From: an uncultured Desulfosarcina sp.
GTDB lineage: Bacteria > Desulfobacterota > Desulfobacteria > Desulfobacterales > Desulfosarcinaceae
NCBI GenBank assembly: GCA_963674945.2
Contig: CAXXWQ010000004.1
Coordinates: 3,040,001 to 3,104,000, forward strand
Direction of reading: 5' to 3'
DNA: 64,000 bases
The translations under genes and the position numbers were made by a program. Positions 59,733 through 64,000 of this stretch are shown here, piece after piece. Under the pieces are notes generated by a model. It made no database searches, had not been told where the DNA came from, and worked only from the letters and a program-made list of their open reading frames with translations. Numbering within the stretch: the first letter of the stretch is position 1; each line of letters opens with the position of its first letter.

Positions 59733-60886
59733 ACGCCATGTTGCCGTTGACCGCATACCGCAAACTCTACCCTTCCTTGAAGGAGCACCAGATGATGGAA
59801 AAAAGCATCATCGCGATGCTCTCTGCCGAGTTGGAAGAAAAATATATCGATCAGAATCGGATCACCCGTCTGAGTCCGATCACATATGCCCAAAAAAATT
59901 TTTTTTCCATCCTTTTTCTTTCCATCTACCGAACCGTCGGCATTTCTTCAGAGAGGCGACTTTTCTATGGCATCATCAATCATTGCCTGCGCGGTCTGGT
60001 GACCGGTACGGATAATCTTCTCGACAATGAATATAAGGAGATGCTGCCGCTCGGTTTTGCCGAATCCGCCTATAAATTCAAAAGTGTCATGCATATTCTG
60101 CTATTCGACCGCTTCCTTTTCAAGATCATCGGCCGCATGCAGGACGACGGCATGATTACCAAGGACGATGTTGACCGGTTGCACGGAGCCATCTTCAAAG
60201 CCATCGTGCCCATTGGTGCCGAGGAGGCCTTGGAGGAAGGCGGTGTCAAAACCATCCTTCGGCCGGAAGAAATTCTGTCGGCAGTACATATATATAAAGG
60301 AGGCCGGCTGCTCTGCCTTGCCTTTGTTGCGCCGTTGTTGCTTGAACACAGGCCACACGCCCGGCTTGTCACAGCCGAAAAAGGCATCTATTGCATCGGC
60401 ATCAGCCTCCAGCTGATCGATGACATTACTGATTTCTACGAAGATATCGCGGCCGGCAATCACAATTATCTGGTCTCCTCCGTCCACTGGAACGGTTCCA
60501 TGGAGGAAAAGGAGCAGCTCGTCGGAATCCTGCGGAGTCACGGGGATGAAACACGTGCAGGTCCGGTGGAACAGCTCTTCCCATCCACCGTGCGTCTTGT
60601 CATCGGAAAGGCCATCGACGAAGCCATGGAAGGCTTTCGGCTGCTGGAGTCGGTGGGCTATTGGTGCACCCAGGTGCAAGCAATGGCCCTCGTCAAGTAT
60701 CTCTTCACGCTTCGCGGTTTGAAGCATCTTCTGCCTTATTTTCCGGACCACGCTATACAGCCGGCACCGTCCCCCGAATCCGAATCTCACACCGATAGCG
60801 GCGTTCAACATCTTTTGCCGAGTCGTTTTTCATGTGATCATGGCCAAACTGCGCCGCAAGACGATCAAGAATGTCCTGGTGCCTGA
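59729..60886 (+). CDS. Hypothetical protein with class I isoprenoid synthase-like Asp-rich motifs
   Basis: TDNLLDNE and GISLQLIDDITDFYED, YKGG, NHNY; ATGA overlap with the upstream methyltransferase gene. Confidence 0.6.
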   Translation: MNAMLPLTAYRKLYPSLKEHQMMEKSIIAMLSAELEEKYIDQNRITRLSPITYAQKNFFSILFLSIYRTVGISSERRLFYGIINHCLRGLVTGTDNLLDNEYKEMLPLGFAESAYKFKSVMHILLFDRFLFKIIGRMQDDGMITKDDVDRLHGAIFKAIVPIGAEEALEEGGVKTILRPEEILSAVHIYKGGRLLCLAFVAPLLLEHRPHARLVTAEKGIYCIGISLQLIDDITDFYEDIAAGNHNYLVSSVHWNGSMEEKEQLVGILRSHGDETRAGPVEQLFPSTVRLVIGKAIDEAMEGFRLLESVGYWCTQVQAMALVKYLFTLRGLKHLLPYFPDHAIQPAPSPESESHTDSGVQHLLPSRFSCDHGQTAPQDDQECPGA

Positions 60887-61004
60887 TATTGAACGCATCC
60901 GGTTTGAAAACAACCAGTCAGCAGAGAAAAGCGAGGGGCGTCAGGTGAGTTACCCTGATAACAGTTTTGGACGGAATTGGTGAAATGCTGTTATGAAAGG
61001 ATCC

Positions 61005-61030
61005 GGCACTTGGGGAGAACCCCAAGTGCC
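61005..61030. terminator. Hairpin between convergent genes
   Basis: ggcacttgggg-agaa-ccccaagtgcc. Confidence 0.65.
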
Positions 61031-61050
61031 AATCTGTAACCTTCGTTTGT

Positions 61051-61815
61051 CTATGCAGCCGTCCAGCCGGCATCGGCAGGAATGATTGCTCCGTTTACGA
61101 ACTTCGAATCATCCGATGCAAGAAACAACGCCAGGTTGGCGATGTCTGTGGACGTGCCCAAGCCTGGCATGATCCCTATATATGTCTTTATGCGTTCATT
61201 TCCCTTGGGGTCGATTCTTGACAGGTCGCTGCTCTCCAGGATGTTTGTCGCCACGCCTCCGGGACAAATGGCATTACAGCGAATGCCGTCCTTTGCGTAA
61301 ATCCATGCCGTGCTGCGTGTTAAACCCACGACACCGTGCTTCGATACCACGTATGCCACACCCGCTGGAGCGCCGCTAACACCTGCGGTTGACGCGATGT
61401 TGATGATGGAACCGCCACCTTGTTTGACCATGGTGGGGATGGCGCATCGCGAAGTGAACATGGGGCCATTGAGATTGACACCAAGCGTGCGCTCCCACGC
61501 ATCGTTGGTCAGCTCTCCGACGCCTTGCCATAAATCGTTCACACCGGCATTGTTGACCAATATATCGATCTTTCCATATGTACTGACGGCAAGATTGACA
61601 AGTGCTTCCGCATCTGACTGTTCCGCCATATTGCCTTGAAGCCCCGTGATATCGCGGCCTTCGTCGTTTAATTTGGCAACAAGTTTATCCAACGATTCGG
61701 CATTCCAGTCATTTGCCACAATTTTCGCTCCTTCTTGGGCAAACAACTCAGCCATGGCGAGTCCCATACCGGAACCAGCTCCCGTTATTACTGCAATCTT
61801 TCCATTCAATCTCAT
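61051..61815 (-). CDS. Classical SDR oxidoreductase
   Basis: ITGAGSGMG, LVNNAG, YVVSK, NAICPG, ADAGWTA; start at ATG 61815 behind AAAGGAG. Confidence 0.92.
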   Translation of the reverse strand: MRLNGKIAVITGAGSGMGLAMAELFAQEGAKIVANDWNAESLDKLVAKLNDEGRDITGLQGNMAEQSDAEALVNLAVSTYGKIDILVNNAGVNDLWQGVGELTNDAWERTLGVNLNGPMFTSRCAIPTMVKQGGGSIINIASTAGVSGAPAGVAYVVSKHGVVGLTRSTAWIYAKDGIRCNAICPGGVATNILESSDLSRIDPKGNERIKTYIGIMPGLGTSTDIANLALFLASDDSKFVNGAIIPADAGWTAA

Positions 61816-62097
61816 TTTGAATACTCCTTTCAAATGGCCATACCACAAACTTTATCCAGCGCTCTGTTTTTCATAACCATTTTCTAATCTGAAAGACCTT
61901 GCCCTAATTTACAAGAAAAAACAATTCTATATTTTGACAAACAAAACATCTAATTTTGTATCTTATATATTTACGAGGTGTTACAAAGATGATAAATTTT
62001 TCTTAAATATTGAATTTATGATACGGTGCAAGCTCACATATCCCGACATGATTTCCATCATCGGTTGATAGCGTTACAATCAGCACAATTGAATCAG

Positions 62098-62175
62098 AAT
62101 TCAGCGCCGCCGCCGACCTTTGGCCGGTTTGAACGACAACTGAAACTATGCCATTTTGGCGTAGTTTCATACGAG
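62098..62175. repeat. 78-bp intergenic repeat, copy 2
   Basis: 75/78 identical to 9518-9595, same orientation. Confidence 0.9.
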
Positions 62176-62211
62176 AATTTTTTGGTTCGTTGCGAACAAA
62201 AGGATAATCCA

Positions 62212-63123
62212 ATGAAAAAAAATGTGGTTGTCATCGGAGGCAGCTATTTTGCCGGAAGAGTATTTTCCATACACGCCGCAAAAGGTGAACGGCTGGCCCT
62301 GCATGTCGTAAATCGTGGTAAGTACAAGCTCAATCTGCCTGGTGTGAGGGAGTATCAATGCGATCGGCACGATACAGATACGTTTTCTCAAATTCTGCCG
62401 GATATAAGGTATGACGCTGTTGTGGATTTCTGCGGTTATCATCCCAAGGAGATAAGCGCCATTATCCATTCCTTGCCAGAAAGAATAGGACAGTACATAT
62501 TCATCAGCACCAGCAGTGTGTATGCGACCACAGGCATAAAAAAAGAGGGAGATCCCATCATAACGGTATCACCCAACGAAACAGACCCAACAAAAGAGTA
62601 TCTTTTCAACAAAGTCCGTTTGGAACGAGAACTGAAAGAGACGTGCGGGAATGCGAAAATACCATACACCATCGTTCGTCCATGCTTTATATATGGGCCG
62701 TATAACTACGCTCCCCGGGAGTCATATTTCATAGAAAAAATCGTGAAAGGCATCCCGGTGCCGGAACCGGAGGATGCACGTGCAAAGTTCAGCATGGTCT
62801 ATGTCCTGGATGTTGCCCGCGCCCTTGAAGCGTTTGTTGGAGATAAAAAGGCATTTGACGAAGTATTCAATCTCGCAGGCGTGGAACAGGTAACATATGC
62901 CACCCTGTTTTCCGAGCTCGAGCGCTGCAACGGCAAGGGATTTTCCAAAATACCGATGACGGTATCACAGGCCCAGGCTGATAAAATCCCTTTTCCCTTT
63001 CCTTTGAATGTGGACGATCTTTGCAGCGGAGAAAAAATGGCACAGGCCTTTGGGTTACCATACACACCTTTCACCAATGGGATGGAGAAAGCATTTGCGG
63101 CATTCAAATCGGTATTTTCCTGA
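62212..63123 (+). CDS. NAD-dependent epimerase/dehydratase family (atypical SDR)
   Basis: VIGGSYFAG, VNRG, YIFISTSSVY, YLFNK, VRPCFIYGP; start at ATG 62212 behind AAAGGA. Confidence 0.85.
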   Translation: MKKNVVVIGGSYFAGRVFSIHAAKGERLALHVVNRGKYKLNLPGVREYQCDRHDTDTFSQILPDIRYDAVVDFCGYHPKEISAIIHSLPERIGQYIFISTSSVYATTGIKKEGDPIITVSPNETDPTKEYLFNKVRLERELKETCGNAKIPYTIVRPCFIYGPYNYAPRESYFIEKIVKGIPVPEPEDARAKFSMVYVLDVARALEAFVGDKKAFDEVFNLAGVEQVTYATLFSELERCNGKGFSKIPMTVSQAQADKIPFPFPLNVDDLCSGEKMAQAFGLPYTPFTNGMEKAFAAFKSVFS

Positions 63124-63188
63124 ATTAAACAAGATGTGCATGTAAAAGGTCGCTGTTCAGACGGAATCGCAAAACAAGGAGACAAAAC

Positions 63189-63343
63189 ATGGAACTGGAC
63201 ATGAGTCGGAATTTCTTGATAGCATGGTCATATTCGGTAAGAATACGCGGGCGTTCAATGAAAAAATCAGTAAGGATCCACGAGTAAAACTCCTGATCCT
63301 GCCCTTTGAAGATGGCCTGACCGTTGCTGTTAAAAAGCCCTAA
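63189..63343 (+). pseudogene. Internally deleted O-methyltransferase remnant
   Basis: AAGGAG SD and ATG at 63189, then in another frame RAFNEKISKDPRVKLLILPFEDGLTVAVKK, typical of the C-terminus of cation-dependent O-methyltransferases. Confidence 0.65.
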
Positions 63344-63470
63344 GCAAACAAGAAAAGAACCGTAATTTTGTCTGTCTGCGACGCATCACCATCGGTGCAT
63401 ACTGCGAATGAATGCCGGTGGCGAGATGTTTCGGTGATAAAGCGTGTCCAAGATGGGCCATTGGAAACAC

Positions 63471-64000
63471 CTATGGTTTATTGAACTTTCTGGCCAGATC
63501 ATTGTCGATGACATAAATACAAATCGCCTTTGCTCCCAGCTCGGTATATCGGTATTTTTTCATGAGGTTGTTCATCAAGAAGGTAACATCCCCGCGGATT
63601 TTTTTGTCATATGTTTTAAAGTCTTCTTCGGCATAATCTTTTATTGCCCGACGGAAATTTTCGTTTTCCAGGAAGGGGTCCAGCACTTTTTCCTTCAAGT
63701 TGTATTCGTATCGCTCCTTTAAAGATTGAAAAAGCTGGGTTTCCGTAGGCAGTGTTCCCGCAACCATGATTTCCTGGGTCAGGGTCCGGGAAGTATACTC
63801 TTTTTGCGTTTCTTTTCTGAAATCGATCCGTTTTTTCTGTTCCGCCTGATTACCAAGAATGCGTTTTTCGAAGGTGTCCAGCAAGTCTTCCGTGATGTGG
63901 ATATTCTCTCCCGTGAATTTACAGGTTTCAATGGTTCCGGGCTCAAAATTCACGGAAAACATGTAGTGTAAAATTTCCCGGGCGATCTGTTCCTCATTAT
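63471..64000 (-). CDS. C-terminal part of a probable PrkA-family serine protein kinase (5' end off window)
   Basis: Open frame to the window edge; C-terminus NENFRRAIKDY...FLMNNLMKKYRYTELGAKAICIYVIDNDLARKF resembles PrkA C-termini. Confidence 0.55.
   Translation of the reverse strand, partial: NEEQIAREILHYMFSVNFEPGTIETCKFTGENIHITEDLLDTFEKRILGNQAEQKKRIDFRKETQKEYTSRTLTQEIMVAGTLPTETQLFQSLKERYEYNLKEKVLDPFLENENFRRAIKDYAEEDFKTYDKKIRGDVTFLMNNLMKKYRYTELGAKAICIYVIDNDLARKFNKP

Noticed and set aside
62026..62211. N-terminal extension of the epimerase ORF
   Set aside because: It runs through the 78-bp repeat; the SD and Rossmann motif place the start at 62212.

Overview
Bacterial chromosomal DNA, probably from an anaerobic sulfate-reducing deltaproteobacterium of the Desulfobacterales type. 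This is inferred from the QmoC-like gene, the many sigma-54 activators and the repeat style. The left ~11.8 kb is ordinary: gmd (partial), pabA, a pabB-pabC fusion, a PNPOx-family gene, a complete IS4 element with a 10-bp target duplication, a YajD HNH gene, a stand-alone molybdopterin oxidoreductase and fadH. From ~11.9 to ~58.3 kb lies a sigma-54-controlled catabolic region for an unknown, probably lipophilic or cyclic substrate. It is built around two paralogous glycyl radical enzymes with an unusual GCVN cysteine loop and no activating enzyme in the window. It also holds a DUF1302/DUF1329/YCF48/RND transport module with a decayed second copy, four enhancer-binding proteins (three of them mosaic paralogs), a KstD-like flavoprotein, a TPR/DUF4037/DUF4125/tandem small-protein cassette, an orphan QmoC-like protein, a lactonase, a 4-hydroxybutyryl-CoA dehydratase and beta-oxidation genes. 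Two families of upstream activator sites and several -24/-12 promoters can be read directly from the sequence. At 58922-59170 there is an unannotated 82-codon ORF with an in-frame TGA (Cys-Sec), two CxxC motifs and a SECIS-like hairpin, a candidate new selenoprotein. No rRNA, tRNA or CRISPR array was seen. All family calls are by motif recognition, not database search.
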